NCBI GenBank assembly: GCA_947305805.1
Contig: CAMZEM010000002.1
Location: 220 to 64,219 of the forward strand
DNA: 64,000 bases
Origin: an uncultured Clostridia bacterium
GTDB taxonomy: Bacteria; Bacillota; Clostridia; Oscillospirales; UBA644
Direction: 5' to 3'
The notes under the pieces are model-generated. The model saw nothing but the letters and a program-made list of their open reading frames with translations. It did no database searches and was not told the DNA's origin. Below, piece after piece: positions 41,559 to 51,378 of this stretch (position 1 is its first letter; the number at the start of each line of letters is the position of its first letter). Made by a program: the position numbers and the translations under genes.

Positions 41559-44495
41559 TTATCCGATATTTTCAATGCTTCCGAACATATCGGAGTTGTC
41601 TTTTATTTTCTGTGCGTTTCCTACGCAGCATTTGTAGTTTTGCGAAAGAACGTCTTTTATGAGTTTTGCTTTTCCGCGCATCGTATCGAGGGTAACGTCG
41701 AGTATCTGCTCGCGGACTTTCTGAACGTCCTCAAACTTTCTGCCCGTAAAATATGCGGAAAGCGAATATCCGATTTTTCCGCTTATAGACTTGGGAGTGT
41801 CTATACCGCTGAACGTGCCTACGATATATTTCGTCAGTTCGGCGTCGTCAGGGTTGAGAGAAGAGACAAAGTCGGGAGCGTTAAGATAAACTTCGTCGGT
41901 TTCGGTAAGTTTGGGGTCTCTGTATGAATAGAAGAATACGTCGCCCGTATCTGCCGCAAAATCGCATCCGCAGCCGTATGCGCCGCCTTTAAGACGGATT
42001 AAATTGTAAAGATAATCGCAGTTGAGAGCGGTTTTAACAACGCAAAGCGCACCGTCAAACTCATATCCCGCATCAAAGAGGTTGCCTCCGCGAACAAGGA
42101 ACTGTATGAGGGCGGGCGTCATAAACGCCTCGTTTTTCTTTTCGGGTACAATTGCGGTTTTTTCGCCCAGACTGTCGTGCGACAGCGTATCTGCCGCTTT
42201 AACGAAATCGGGAAGCGCCTTTTCGGCGGCTTTCATACCTGCTTCGTCGGCAGCAATGCTTACGGTAATGTTTTCAGGATTGAAAATATATCCCGCAGCG
42301 GCACGCAAAGAAGCGCAGAGGTCGGCTTTGCAGACGTCGTAATTATCGTAAATATTCTTTTTGAATTTGTAATTGTCTACGCCGCCGAGATATTCGTCAA
42401 TAACGCCTCTTTCGGTATAGTATGATTTTATTCTCGCTATGCCTACGGAGTTTCCTCTGCCGATAAACTGCCTCTGTTTTGAGGAGATATCCTCGCCGAG
42501 TATTTCTTTAAGACGTTTTGCGTCGTCATAATTCGAAGACGTTATGATTTCTGCGGCAAGATCGAGCGCATAGGGTATTTTATCGGCAAACGCCTTGATG
42601 TTTACAACAAATACAAGCCTTGTTTCGTCTCTTTTGCCGTAAAGTTTGTAATTTACTACTCCGAAAGATACGTCGCCCGTGTTAATCTTTATTTCGCTCG
42701 AAAGATCGGATGCGGTGTGCTTTGCGGTGTCTATCTGACCGAGAACGCCCGATAAAAAGCTTATATACGGGAGTTTTTCAACGGGAACGGGGCCTATATC
42801 GAAAAGAAGTTTCAGATAAGTTATGCCGTTGGTTTCGTATTGATGGCATACTGCGGGCAGTCCGGCAAGAGTAAACTCTTCGTTTGAGAAGTTTTCCGCC
42901 TCGCGCTTAATATCTGTTCTTTCTATCGAAGGAATGCAGGCAAGCTCTTCTTCGGTGGTTTCGGCTGTCTGATACGCAATGAGTTTCTTTGTAGACGCTA
43001 CGATTTCGTCAATCTGCTCTTTTGAAAGCGATGATTTGTAATCCGCGAGTTTTTTTGCAAGTTCCGCGTTTTTCTTTTCGGTAAGTCCTTTTTCGGGTTC
43101 GAGCGAAAGAAGAACGGCGTGAGTATTGGAGAGAAATCTCTTTCTGATGAGATCTGCGTAGTAGTTTGTGCCTATAAGCTCGCGAAGATGTTTGTATCTG
43201 CTGTTTTTGTTTAGAGAATCAAATACTTTTTCATCGTCGTAAAGCCATGTCTGAAGCATATCTATAACGTAGTATATGCCTTTTGAGGTTCCTCCGTAGT
43301 CGGATTCTCTCCAGCGGTATTCCGCGCTGTTAACCGAACCGAGCAGAGCTTTTTCGTTTATGCCTTCGTTAACTATCTTTTCGAGCGTTTCGAAAATAAT
43401 ATCCTTAAAGCGCTGTTTATCCTCTTTTTTCGCATTTTTTGCTATGATGAAAAATGCGGGCGTGAGAAGCGCGCTTTCAAAGCCGCCGTAGATATCCTGA
43501 CCTATTCCTGCGTCAAGCAGCGCCTGTTTTAACGGAGCGCCGGGCATATCGAGCAATACTTCGCCTATCATATCCCATGCCTCTCTCTCCGCTCTGTCGA
43601 GAGTGGAGTCGAAAGAAACCGCAAACGAAAGATATGTTTTGCCTTCTTCGTCCTCGTTTTCGGCGATCGGGTATTTTTTAACGGTTTCTCTGATTTTATC
43701 AAACGGTTTCGACGTTTTTATCGACGAATCTATTTCAAGACGGTCGAAGCGCGAAAGGTAATGCTCGTCTATCCAGTTGAGTTTTTCGGCAACGTCCATA
43801 TCACCGTAAAGGAAAATATAGCTGTTTGACGGATGATAGTATCTTCTGTGAAAATCCGTATAATACTCGTATGTAAGCGACGGAATAACGTCTGGATCTC
43901 CGCCGGAATTAACGCCGTAAGTGCCGTCGGGATAAAGCGCCGCGGTGAGCTCGTCAAAAACCGTGCTGTCGGGCGACGACATCGCGCCTTTCATCTCGCT
44001 GTAAACAACGCCGTTTATTTCGAGCGGCTTGTCTGCGTCTTCAAGATGGTAATGCCAGCCCTCCTGCATGAATATTTCTTTTCTCTTGTGGAGATTCGGG
44101 AAAAATACCGCGTCGAGATATACATGCATAAGATTCTGAAAATCCTTGTCGTTGTAGCTCGCAACTGGGTAGAGCGTTTTGTCGGGATACGTCATTGCGT
44201 TTAAGAACGTGTGAAGCGAGCCCTTTGCAAGCTGCATAAACGGATCTCTTGCGGGGAACTCGTCGGAGCCGCAAAGAACCGTGTGCTCGATTATGTGCGG
44301 AACGCCCGTGCTGTTTTCGGGCGGTGTTCTGAAAGTGGCGCAGAACGTTTTGTTGGGGTCGTCGTTTGAGATAACGCAAATGCGCGCCCCCGTCTTTTTG
44401 TGACGGAAAACGAGCCCGAGGCTGTTTATATCTTCAAGAAACTGCTGCTGTGTTTTTTCGTAAGCGGGAATTGCGGAAAAATCGATGTCTTTCAT
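41559..44495 (-). CDS. insulinase family (M16C, PreP-like) metallopeptidase
   Basis: 978 aa. The inverted zinc motif HxxEH appears as GVPHIIEHTVLCGS, and the length matches presequence-protease-like M16C enzymes. Confidence 0.8.
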   Translation of the reverse strand: MKDIDFSAIPAYEKTQQQFLEDINSLGLVFRHKKTGARICVISNDDPNKTFCATFRTPPENSTGVPHIIEHTVLCGSDEFPARDPFMQLAKGSLHTFLNAMTYPDKTLYPVASYNDKDFQNLMHVYLDAVFFPNLHKRKEIFMQEGWHYHLEDADKPLEINGVVYSEMKGAMSSPDSTVFDELTAALYPDGTYGVNSGGDPDVIPSLTYEYYTDFHRRYYHPSNSYIFLYGDMDVAEKLNWIDEHYLSRFDRLEIDSSIKTSKPFDKIRETVKKYPIAENEDEEGKTYLSFAVSFDSTLDRAEREAWDMIGEVLLDMPGAPLKQALLDAGIGQDIYGGFESALLTPAFFIIAKNAKKEDKQRFKDIIFETLEKIVNEGINEKALLGSVNSAEYRWRESDYGGTSKGIYYVIDMLQTWLYDDEKVFDSLNKNSRYKHLRELIGTNYYADLIRKRFLSNTHAVLLSLEPEKGLTEKKNAELAKKLADYKSSLSKEQIDEIVASTKKLIAYQTAETTEEELACIPSIERTDIKREAENFSNEEFTLAGLPAVCHQYETNGITYLKLLFDIGPVPVEKLPYISFLSGVLGQIDTAKHTASDLSSEIKINTGDVSFGVVNYKLYGKRDETRLVFVVNIKAFADKIPYALDLAAEIITSSNYDDAKRLKEILGEDISSKQRQFIGRGNSVGIARIKSYYTERGVIDEYLGGVDNYKFKKNIYDNYDVCKADLCASLRAAAGYIFNPENITVSIAADEAGMKAAEKALPDFVKAADTLSHDSLGEKTAIVPEKKNEAFMTPALIQFLVRGGNLFDAGYEFDGALCVVKTALNCDYLYNLIRLKGGAYGCGCDFAADTGDVFFYSYRDPKLTETDEVYLNAPDFVSSLNPDDAELTKYIVGTFSGIDTPKSISGKIGYSLSAYFTGRKFEDVQKVREQILDVTLDTMRGKAKLIKDVLSQNYKCCVGNAQKIKDNSDMFGSIENIG

Positions 44496-44633
44496 AGCTT
44501 TCTTTCCTTTATAAATTATTTATTTTATTTTAACATATAAAAAAATAAAAGTCAACAGAAAATTGCTGTATTTTTCCGATTGAACAAAACAGAATCCGTT
44601 TTTTCGCATAATCGCTTTGTATGAATGACAATA

Positions 44634-44662
44634 TTGACATTTCCGTATGAATATGCTAAAAT
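44634..44662 (+). promoter_or_regulatory. promoter TTGACA-17-TAAAAT for cimA
   Basis: TTGACA 44634-44639, TAAAAT 44657-44662, and ATG at 44723 preceded by AAGGTGG. Confidence 0.55.
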
Positions 44663-44722
44663 GATAACATGGTATATGTTTATAAAAAAAGATGAAGTTT
44701 TTAAGGCGCAAAAGGTGGCTTT

Positions 44723-46291
44723 ATGAAGATATTTACTTACGATACCACGCTTCGCGACGGCGCGCAGTCGGACACAGTGCAGTATTCAAAAAACGACAGG
44801 CTTAATATTATCCGTCTGCTTGACTCTCTCGGCGTTGATTTTATCGAAGTTGACAATCCCGTTTACAATCCGTATGACGACGGTTTTTTCGAAGATCTGA
44901 AAAAAATGAATCTTCTTCATTCAAAAATCGTTGCCTTCGGCAGCACCGTAAAAGTAGGTTCGCTGCCCGAAAACGACCCTGTTCTGGAGTTTCTTTCTTC
45001 TTATTCGGACTGCTGCGCCATTTTCGGCAAGGCGTGGGACCTTCACGTTTCGGACGTCCTTAAAACAACGAAGGAAGAAAACCTTCGCATGATTGCCGAA
45101 AGCGTGAAATATCTGAAAAACAGGGGCAAATACGTCTTTTTTGATGCGGAACACTTTTTTGACGGATGGCTGTCTTCGCCCGAATACGCTTTAAGCGTGC
45201 TTGAAACGGCGCAAAGCGCGGGCGCAGACGAGATAGTGCTTTGCGACACAAACGGAGGAACGTTCCCTAAAGATATAGCCAGAGCCGTTAACGACGTTAA
45301 AAAACACGTCTCCGTCCGTATCGGCATTCACACTCACAACGACTGCGATCTTGCGGTTGCAAACGCTCTTGAAGCGGTAAACGCAGGCGCAACGCTCGTT
45401 CAGGGCACGATAAACGGCATAGGTGAGAGATGCGGTAACGCAAATCTTTCGGCGCTGATTGCGAATTTACAGTTAAAATCCGGTTTTGACGTCCTGCCCG
45501 ACGGCAGAATAAGAAGTCTTACGGGAATTGCAAGGGCAATAGCGCAGATAACGAATATTTCAACGCAGGGCATGCCGTATATAAGCCGCGCCGCGTTTTC
45601 ACACAAGGCGGGCACCCACGCCGACGCAGTGCTGAAAAATCCCGCAACGTTTGAGCATATCGACCCGTCGCTCATAGGCAATAAACGGACGATACTTCTT
45701 TCTGAAATAAGCGGAAAAAGCGCGATTTTGCCTATCATTCGCCGTGTTGTGCCGGATATGGACAAAAACTCGGACAAGGTGGATATGCTGCTTGCCGCAA
45801 TGAAAGACAAAGAGGCGCACGGTTACCGCTACGAGGCTGCCCAGGCATCTTTTGAGCTTCTTATCCGGAAAATGCTGGGTATGTATACGCCGCATTTCGA
45901 GGTTGAATTATACAAACTGATAAACGAGGAAAAGCTGGGCGAAGAATGCAAGAGCTACGTTTTTACGGAAGTGCGCGTGGAAAATCAGAAAGAGATTGCC
46001 GCAACAACGAGCGACGGTCCCGTTCACGCAATAGACGAGGCGCTGCGCAAGGCTTTGCGTCCGTTCTTCCCGTCGCTTGACAAGGTTCAGCTTATAGATT
46101 ACAAGGTCCGCGTTATGGATAACCGCTCCGCCACGGGGTCTACCGTCCAGGTTCTTATAGATTCAACGGACGGTAAGGACGTCTGGACAACTGTGGGAGT
46201 ATCGATAGACATAATAAAGGCTTCTCAGGAAGCGCTTATCGATTCGATAGAATACAAACTGTTAAAAGACGATAAAACCGAAACAAAGTAA
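44723..46291 (+). CDS. cimA: citramalate synthase (2-isopropylmalate synthase family)
   Basis: 522 aa. YDTTLRDGAQS, HTHND, GIGERCGNA and a C-terminal LeuA-dimer regulatory domain. The length and N-terminus fit CimA better than LeuA. Confidence 0.7.
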   Translation: MKIFTYDTTLRDGAQSDTVQYSKNDRLNIIRLLDSLGVDFIEVDNPVYNPYDDGFFEDLKKMNLLHSKIVAFGSTVKVGSLPENDPVLEFLSSYSDCCAIFGKAWDLHVSDVLKTTKEENLRMIAESVKYLKNRGKYVFFDAEHFFDGWLSSPEYALSVLETAQSAGADEIVLCDTNGGTFPKDIARAVNDVKKHVSVRIGIHTHNDCDLAVANALEAVNAGATLVQGTINGIGERCGNANLSALIANLQLKSGFDVLPDGRIRSLTGIARAIAQITNISTQGMPYISRAAFSHKAGTHADAVLKNPATFEHIDPSLIGNKRTILLSEISGKSAILPIIRRVVPDMDKNSDKVDMLLAAMKDKEAHGYRYEAAQASFELLIRKMLGMYTPHFEVELYKLINEEKLGEECKSYVFTEVRVENQKEIAATTSDGPVHAIDEALRKALRPFFPSLDKVQLIDYKVRVMDNRSATGSTVQVLIDSTDGKDVWTTVGVSIDIIKASQEALIDSIEYKLLKDDKTETK

Positions 46292-46311
46292 AAGAAAGTG
46301 AGGATACGCCG

Positions 46312-47799
46312 ATGAAAAACAGGAAGGTTATTTTAATAATGACCGATTCTCAGCGCTGGGATATGGTAGGTTGCTACCGAAACACGGGTCTTCTTACCCC
46401 GAATATAGACAGTCTTGCCGAAAACGGGATCCGCTGCGAGCGCGCATATACAACTCAGCCCGTCTGCCAGGCTGCGCGCGCGGGCATTTTTACCGGAAAG
46501 TATCCCCATTCTACGGGCTGCTGGTCAAATCTTGAAGGACTTTCGGACAACGTACGCACGCTCGGCGAAAGACTTCAGGATAAAGGCGTGCATACCGCAT
46601 ATATAGGCAAGTGGCATCTTGACGGAAGCGACTATTTCGGGCTGGGCAGAGCTCCCGCGGGCTGGGACAGCCGCTACTGGTTTGATATGAGAAACTATCT
46701 TGAAAATATGTCCGAGGAAGACAGGGTAAAATCAAGAAAAAACGGCGCGGAAGACGTTTCCGCGGAGTTTACTTTCGGGCATCAGTGTTCGGACAGGGCA
46801 ATAGATTTTCTTTATAACCACGGCAGCGAAGACTTCTTCCTCGCGGTTTCGTATGACGAGCCGCACGATCCTTCGCTCTGTCCCGAACCGTACAGAAGCA
46901 TGTATAACGAATTTGATTTTCCGAAAAGCGAAAACATATACGACAGTCTCGAAAACAAGCCGTCGCACCAGAAAGTGTGGGCAAACGGAAGAAACAGAGA
47001 GGATAAATCAAATATCCGTCTTCGCGCGCCGAGGTTTTTCGGCTGCAACACGTTTATAGATAAAGAGATAGGCAGGGTTGTTGCGGCGGCGGATAAATAC
47101 GCGCCGGACTGCGTTATCATATACACGTCCGATCACGGCGACATGCTCTCTTCGCATTCGCTTTTCGGAAAAGGTCCCGCGGCGTATGACGAAATAACTA
47201 GAATTCCGCTTATTATAAGAGGGGCGGGAATACCGAAAGGGGTTGTAGACCCGAACCCCGTTTCGCATATCGATATCGCTCCCACCGTTATGGACATTAT
47301 GGGCTTTGAAATTCCGAAGGCGTTTGACGGTCACAGTCTGCTGCCCTCGATAGAAAATCCCGGAAAACGCATTAACGACAAGGTTTTCATCGAGTTTGGG
47401 CGTTACGAGACCGACCACGACGGATTCGGAGGCTTTCAGCCGATGCGCGCGGTTTTTGACGGCAGATACAAGCTTGTTGTAAACCTTCTTTCCGAAGACG
47501 AGCTTTATGATCTTGATACAGACCCCGCTGAAAACAACAATCTCATAAACAGCGCCGAGCTTGCCGCTGTAAGAGACGTCCTTCACGATGCGCTGCTTGA
47601 AAATATGAACCGCACCCGCGACCCGTTCCGCGGATATTACTGGGAGGACAGACCCTGGCGAAAAGACGCGCGCGAACCTTCGTGGAATTACACGCTTATG
47701 ACCCGTCAGCGCGAGGAGGACGGATTTTACGAACCGCGTCAGCTTGACTACGCAACGGGGCTTGAAATGACGGACGCCGTGAGGAAGAAAAATGCATAA
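46312..47799 (+). CDS. sulfatase family protein (Cys-type, C-x-A-x-R formylglycine motif)
   Basis: 495 aa. MTDSQRWD, PVCQAARAGIFTGKYPHSTG, GKWHL and YTSDHGD are sulfatase blocks. Confidence 0.8.
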   Translation: MKNRKVILIMTDSQRWDMVGCYRNTGLLTPNIDSLAENGIRCERAYTTQPVCQAARAGIFTGKYPHSTGCWSNLEGLSDNVRTLGERLQDKGVHTAYIGKWHLDGSDYFGLGRAPAGWDSRYWFDMRNYLENMSEEDRVKSRKNGAEDVSAEFTFGHQCSDRAIDFLYNHGSEDFFLAVSYDEPHDPSLCPEPYRSMYNEFDFPKSENIYDSLENKPSHQKVWANGRNREDKSNIRLRAPRFFGCNTFIDKEIGRVVAAADKYAPDCVIIYTSDHGDMLSSHSLFGKGPAAYDEITRIPLIIRGAGIPKGVVDPNPVSHIDIAPTVMDIMGFEIPKAFDGHSLLPSIENPGKRINDKVFIEFGRYETDHDGFGGFQPMRAVFDGRYKLVVNLLSEDELYDLDTDPAENNNLINSAELAAVRDVLHDALLENMNRTRDPFRGYYWEDRPWRKDAREPSWNYTLMTRQREEDGFYEPRQLDYATGLEMTDAVRKKNA

Positions 47800-48511
47800 A
47801 CTCTTTGTTTCTCCCGAAGATATAAACGGAAACACTATAACCGTAACGGGCGAGGACGTCGAACATCTTCACGCGCTAAGAATGCGTGAAGGCGAAAGGA
47901 TTTTTATAAGCGACGGAGAAAAAACCGTATATGATGCCGCGCTTTCGCAAATGCGGAAAAACTCCGCCGTATTTGAGATAAAATCGCAAAGACCGTTTGA
48001 AAACGAACCGCAGACGGATATAACCGTATGTATCGCTCTTTTAAAAGGCGGAGCATGCGAAGACGTTATAAAGCAGTCCGTAGAGCTCGGAGCAAACAGG
48101 ATAATAATTTTTTCCTCTTCAAACTGTATAGCAAAAGAGAGAGAAAAAGACGGAAAGTATTACAAAACCGCAAGACAGGCGGCAATGCAGTCCGGCAGAG
48201 ACACCGTGCCGAAGTTATTAACGGGCTTTTCGTTTGACGAAATGCTTGAAGAGCTTAAAAAAGCTGAGATTTCGCTGTTTTTCCATGAGAAGGCAACAGA
48301 GCATTTTTACGACGTTTTAGAAAAAAACAGTCTCCCTCGAAGCGCGGCTTTTGCCGTAGGCCCCGAGGGAGGATTTACCGATACTGAAGCGGAAAGCGCG
48401 GAAAAAAACGGAATAAAGGTAGTATTTATGGGAAAACGGATTCTTCGCGCCGTTACCGCGCCGCTTTGCGCTCTTTCGGTTATTGCCGCTTTATACGATC
48501 GGCAGCGTTGA
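47792..48511 (+). CDS. rsmE: 16S rRNA (uracil1498-N3)-methyltransferase
   Basis: 239 aa. N-terminal PUA-like region (HRFFV-like MHKLFV...HL..LR) and a C-terminal SPOUT knot (AVGPEGGFTD.E..LG.RILR). Confidence 0.8.
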   Translation: MHKLFVSPEDINGNTITVTGEDVEHLHALRMREGERIFISDGEKTVYDAALSQMRKNSAVFEIKSQRPFENEPQTDITVCIALLKGGACEDVIKQSVELGANRIIIFSSSNCIAKEREKDGKYYKTARQAAMQSGRDTVPKLLTGFSFDEMLEELKKAEISLFFHEKATEHFYDVLEKNSLPRSAAFAVGPEGGFTDTEAESAEKNGIKVVFMGKRILRAVTAPLCALSVIAALYDRQR

Positions 48512-49820
48512 AATATGAAAGTTTCTTTGCGGTTTCAATAACGTCTTTATCTCTGCCGTATCTGCCCAGGTATTCCGATAAAATCATGCGGAAATATCCG
48601 TGTCTTACATACGAAAGAAAGCTGCGGCTGTCTGTAAGCATTCCGAAAATCGCGCCTATGTGACCGAGCGCGGAAAAAGTTTCAAGAAGCTCGAAAATGC
48701 CGCTTTTATGGTCGCAAAACCACCACGGAACGCCTATTATGCTGCCCGGAAACGCTCCGCACATGGTTATAAGCTCGTAATACATCGTCGGGTTTAAAGT
48801 GTAAACTAGCGTTGCGGGCAAAAGTCCGTCGGAATACATTTTATCGAAAACATCCGTAACACCGTTTATGTCAAGCGATTTTCCCACACAGTCAAATCCG
48901 CTGTCTTTTCCGATCAGTTCAAGCATTTTTGAGTTGCTGTTTCTCTTTGCGCCCAGATGCAGCTGCATAATCATATTTCTTTTTGCGTATTCTTCGCCCA
49001 GAAAAACAAATAAATAACCCTGAAGCCCTTCCGCTTCCTCTGCGGTAAGGGGCTTTTTTTCTATTATCTTCAAAAACGCTTCTTCTGCGGACTTTTTGTC
49101 GGATATTCTGTTCGGAAAGCCCTGAATACCCACATCGGAGAATTTACAGCCGTGTTTTACAAAGAAATCAAGACGGTTTTTTACGGCGGTTTCAAACGAA
49201 CCGAGAGAGTTTATCTCAGTGCCGCTCGCATCTTCGAGTTTTTTCAGATAATCTGTATAGCTGTCTCCGAAAACAAGAAGGTTGTCTACCCTGAAAGTGG
49301 GGACGACTTTTGTTTTAATATTTCCCTCTTCGCGTATCTTTCTGTGATATTCAAGACTGTCGCAGGGGTCGTCGGTTGTTGCAACGTATTCAACGCTGAA
49401 CATTTCGAATATTTTTTTCGGACAGAGTCCTTCTTTTTTTATCTTTTCGTTTGCCTCATTCCAGATATCCGCTGCGTTTTCCTTGCAAAGAGGCTTTTTA
49501 ATTCCGAAAACTGCGTCAAGTTCAAGCTCGCACCAGTCCCGTATCGGATTGCCGTATGCGGTTGAAACAACCTCTGCGAATTTCAGAAATTTTTCCTTCA
49601 TCGGAGCGTTGCCCGTAATGTATTTTTCGTCAACGCCGTAAAACCGCATGAGCCGCCATTTGTAATGGTCGCCCGCAAGCCACATCTCGCCTATATTGCC
49701 GAAAACCTTGTTTTCGTATATCTCTTTCGGGCTGAGATGACAGTGATAGTCTATTATAGGTAGATCTTTGATTTCCGAATATATTTTTTCGGCGTTTTCT
49801 GAAGTGATTATATTTTCCAT
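48480..49820 (-). CDS. uxaC: glucuronate isomerase
   Basis: 446 aa. LPIIDYHCHLSPKEI, WLAGDHYKWRLMR and the TIM-barrel amidohydrolase-like layout are characteristic of UxaC. Confidence 0.8.
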   Translation of the reverse strand: MENIITSENAEKIYSEIKDLPIIDYHCHLSPKEIYENKVFGNIGEMWLAGDHYKWRLMRFYGVDEKYITGNAPMKEKFLKFAEVVSTAYGNPIRDWCELELDAVFGIKKPLCKENAADIWNEANEKIKKEGLCPKKIFEMFSVEYVATTDDPCDSLEYHRKIREEGNIKTKVVPTFRVDNLLVFGDSYTDYLKKLEDASGTEINSLGSFETAVKNRLDFFVKHGCKFSDVGIQGFPNRISDKKSAEEAFLKIIEKKPLTAEEAEGLQGYLFVFLGEEYAKRNMIMQLHLGAKRNSNSKMLELIGKDSGFDCVGKSLDINGVTDVFDKMYSDGLLPATLVYTLNPTMYYELITMCGAFPGSIIGVPWWFCDHKSGIFELLETFSALGHIGAIFGMLTDSRSFLSYVRHGYFRMILSEYLGRYGRDKDVIETAKKLSYFNAADRIKRQ

Positions 49821-49882
49821 ACGTTACCTGCCGTTTTTCTTTGATTATATCACTTTTTTGATCCGTCTGTCAAGATGAAAAC

Positions 49883-49915
49883 GAAAAAAAGAACGGTCCC
49901 CGAAAGGACCGTTCT
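49883..49915 (-). terminator. intrinsic terminator after the surface protein gene
   Basis: Stem agaacggtcc / ggaccgttct, followed on the - strand by TTTTTTTCG. Confidence 0.75.
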
Positions 49916-49945
49916 TAATTATATTCAATTTATAATCTTATCCGA

Positions 49946-51109
49946 TTATTTTCTCTTGAATACGGAGATACCACCGATAGCGGAAACAGCGGCGAGAGCA
50001 TAGAAGAGAATGCTTACGTCAGCGGTCTTCGGGTTGGTGTTGGTGGTAGTGGTGGTTGTTGTCGGAGCCGGAGTTACGGTTTCTTCAACAGTGGTGGTTT
50101 CTTCAACGGTTGTTGTTTCTTCAACAGTGGTAGTTTCTTCAACGGTTGTGGTTTCTTCTACGGGAGCTTCTACCTGTTTAGAGGATTTTTCAGCGGGTGT
50201 AGCAGAGAGAGAATAGAAGTCGTAGTTTCTCCAACCCTGAGCGTTGGTGAGCTTCATTCTGGGCTGTTCGTCATCAGTAGAACGAACGGAGTAGATAAGA
50301 CCAGCGGTGAAAGTTGTGCCTGCTTTGCCAACTTCGCCTTTGATTTCTATATTGCCGTCGTCATCACGGATACCGTTGATGTAATCCCACGGAATAAAGA
50401 TTTCCTGGCTGAACGGATGGTAACCGTTTTCATCAGCTTCAGCAGCGAGACGCTGACCCTGTTTAAACTGTTTAGCAAGATCAGAGAGGGGCTGATCAGC
50501 AGAAGTGATGTCAGGATAGTCTGCATACCAGCAGGGTGTGTTTTCGGGAATTGTACCCATAAAGAAGTTCGGCCAATGTCCGTCGGGATCGTTAACGTAT
50601 GCATCTGCGGAGTCGTTGCAGCAGATCATAAGTTCGAGATGGAAACCGAGAGCACCGTCGTAGGAATCTTTTCTGCCCATGAGGTAGTCAAGATAATCCT
50701 GTGCGGTGTAAGCGCCACGGTAAACTTTGCAGTCATCGCATTTTGTAGCGATGTAAAGACCGTTGTCATCCCAAAGGAAGTATGTGTTGATGGTCATGTT
50801 CCACATCGGGTCACATTCATCATAAGAGTTGAAGTTGAAGGAGCCGTTCCAAACGCCCTGAGGCCAAAGGGTAACTTCTTCATAGGTTTTGGAGTCTTCC
50901 GAGAAGTCGATGGGGACGCATACAGCGCCGTTCCATTCGCCTTCGAGGTCAACGTAACCATCAAAGTTGATCGCGGGGTTTTCGGGGTTAATCTTGGGAA
51001 CTGTCCATTCATACTGTTCTCTCTGTCCGTCAACGTGAGCGAAAGAAACTGCAGAGAATACAATGGAAAGAACAAACACAAGAGCAAGAACGAGTGAAAG
51101 TTTTTTCAT
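49946..51109 (-). CDS. secreted CBM9/DOMON-like protein with Thr-rich stalk and C-terminal membrane or cell-wall anchor
   Basis: 387 aa. Signal peptide (VSFA|HV), LWDDNGLYIATKCDD block, VEETTT repeats, poly-Thr, NPKTAD, a hydrophobic helix and a KRK tail. Confidence 0.6.
   Translation of the reverse strand: MKKLSLVLALVFVLSIVFSAVSFAHVDGQREQYEWTVPKINPENPAINFDGYVDLEGEWNGAVCVPIDFSEDSKTYEEVTLWPQGVWNGSFNFNSYDECDPMWNMTINTYFLWDDNGLYIATKCDDCKVYRGAYTAQDYLDYLMGRKDSYDGALGFHLELMICCNDSADAYVNDPDGHWPNFFMGTIPENTPCWYADYPDITSADQPLSDLAKQFKQGQRLAAEADENGYHPFSQEIFIPWDYINGIRDDDGNIEIKGEVGKAGTTFTAGLIYSVRSTDDEQPRMKLTNAQGWRNYDFYSLSATPAEKSSKQVEAPVEETTTVEETTTVEETTTVEETTTVEETVTPAPTTTTTTTNTNPKTADVSILFYALAAVSAIGGISVFKRK
50072..50161 (-). 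repeat. in-frame 18-bp tandem repeat, 5 copies (VEETTT x4 + VEETVT)
   Basis: Units ggtttcttcaacRgtKgt are directly visible at 50078-50160, alternating between two variants. Confidence 0.9.
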
Positions 51110-51163
51110 GTTTTTTCCTCCTAAAATTTCAAAGTCCGGTTTTTTGACTTTGTATCCTTAGTT

Positions 51164-51192
51164 ATTATATAGTAAAATTCGTCTGTTGTCAA
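51164..51192 (-). promoter_or_regulatory. consensus promoter TTGACA-17-TATAAT for the surface protein gene
   Basis: On the - strand TTGACA is at 51192-51187 and TATAAT at 51169-51164. The 5' UTR contains a caaagtc/gactttg hairpin. Confidence 0.6.
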
Positions 51193-51349
51193 GTATTTTT
51201 TTGATATTTTTTTCCGAAAAACAAAAAAATACGGGATTTCGGCGGAAAAAACGAAAAACGGATACGAAAAAGACCGATTTTTATTAATATTATACATAAT
51301 TAATAACGCCTTTATGTGCAAATCAGTCATGAAAAAAGGCGTATACAGC

Positions 51350-51378
51350 TTGACATTGTGCCGTAAAAATGATATAAT
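51350..51378 (+). promoter_or_regulatory. consensus promoter TTGACA-17-TATAAT for the lipoprotein gene
   Basis: TTGACA 51350-51355 and TATAAT 51373-51378. It lies inside the over-extended listed ORF 51314.., which supports the ATG at 51407. Confidence 0.6.

Noticed and set aside
50072-50161. Tandem 18-bp repeats considered as a possible CRISPR or minisatellite
   Set aside because: The units are contiguous with no spacers. They are in frame and encode VEETTT within a surface-protein stalk, so this is a coding repeat and not a CRISPR array.
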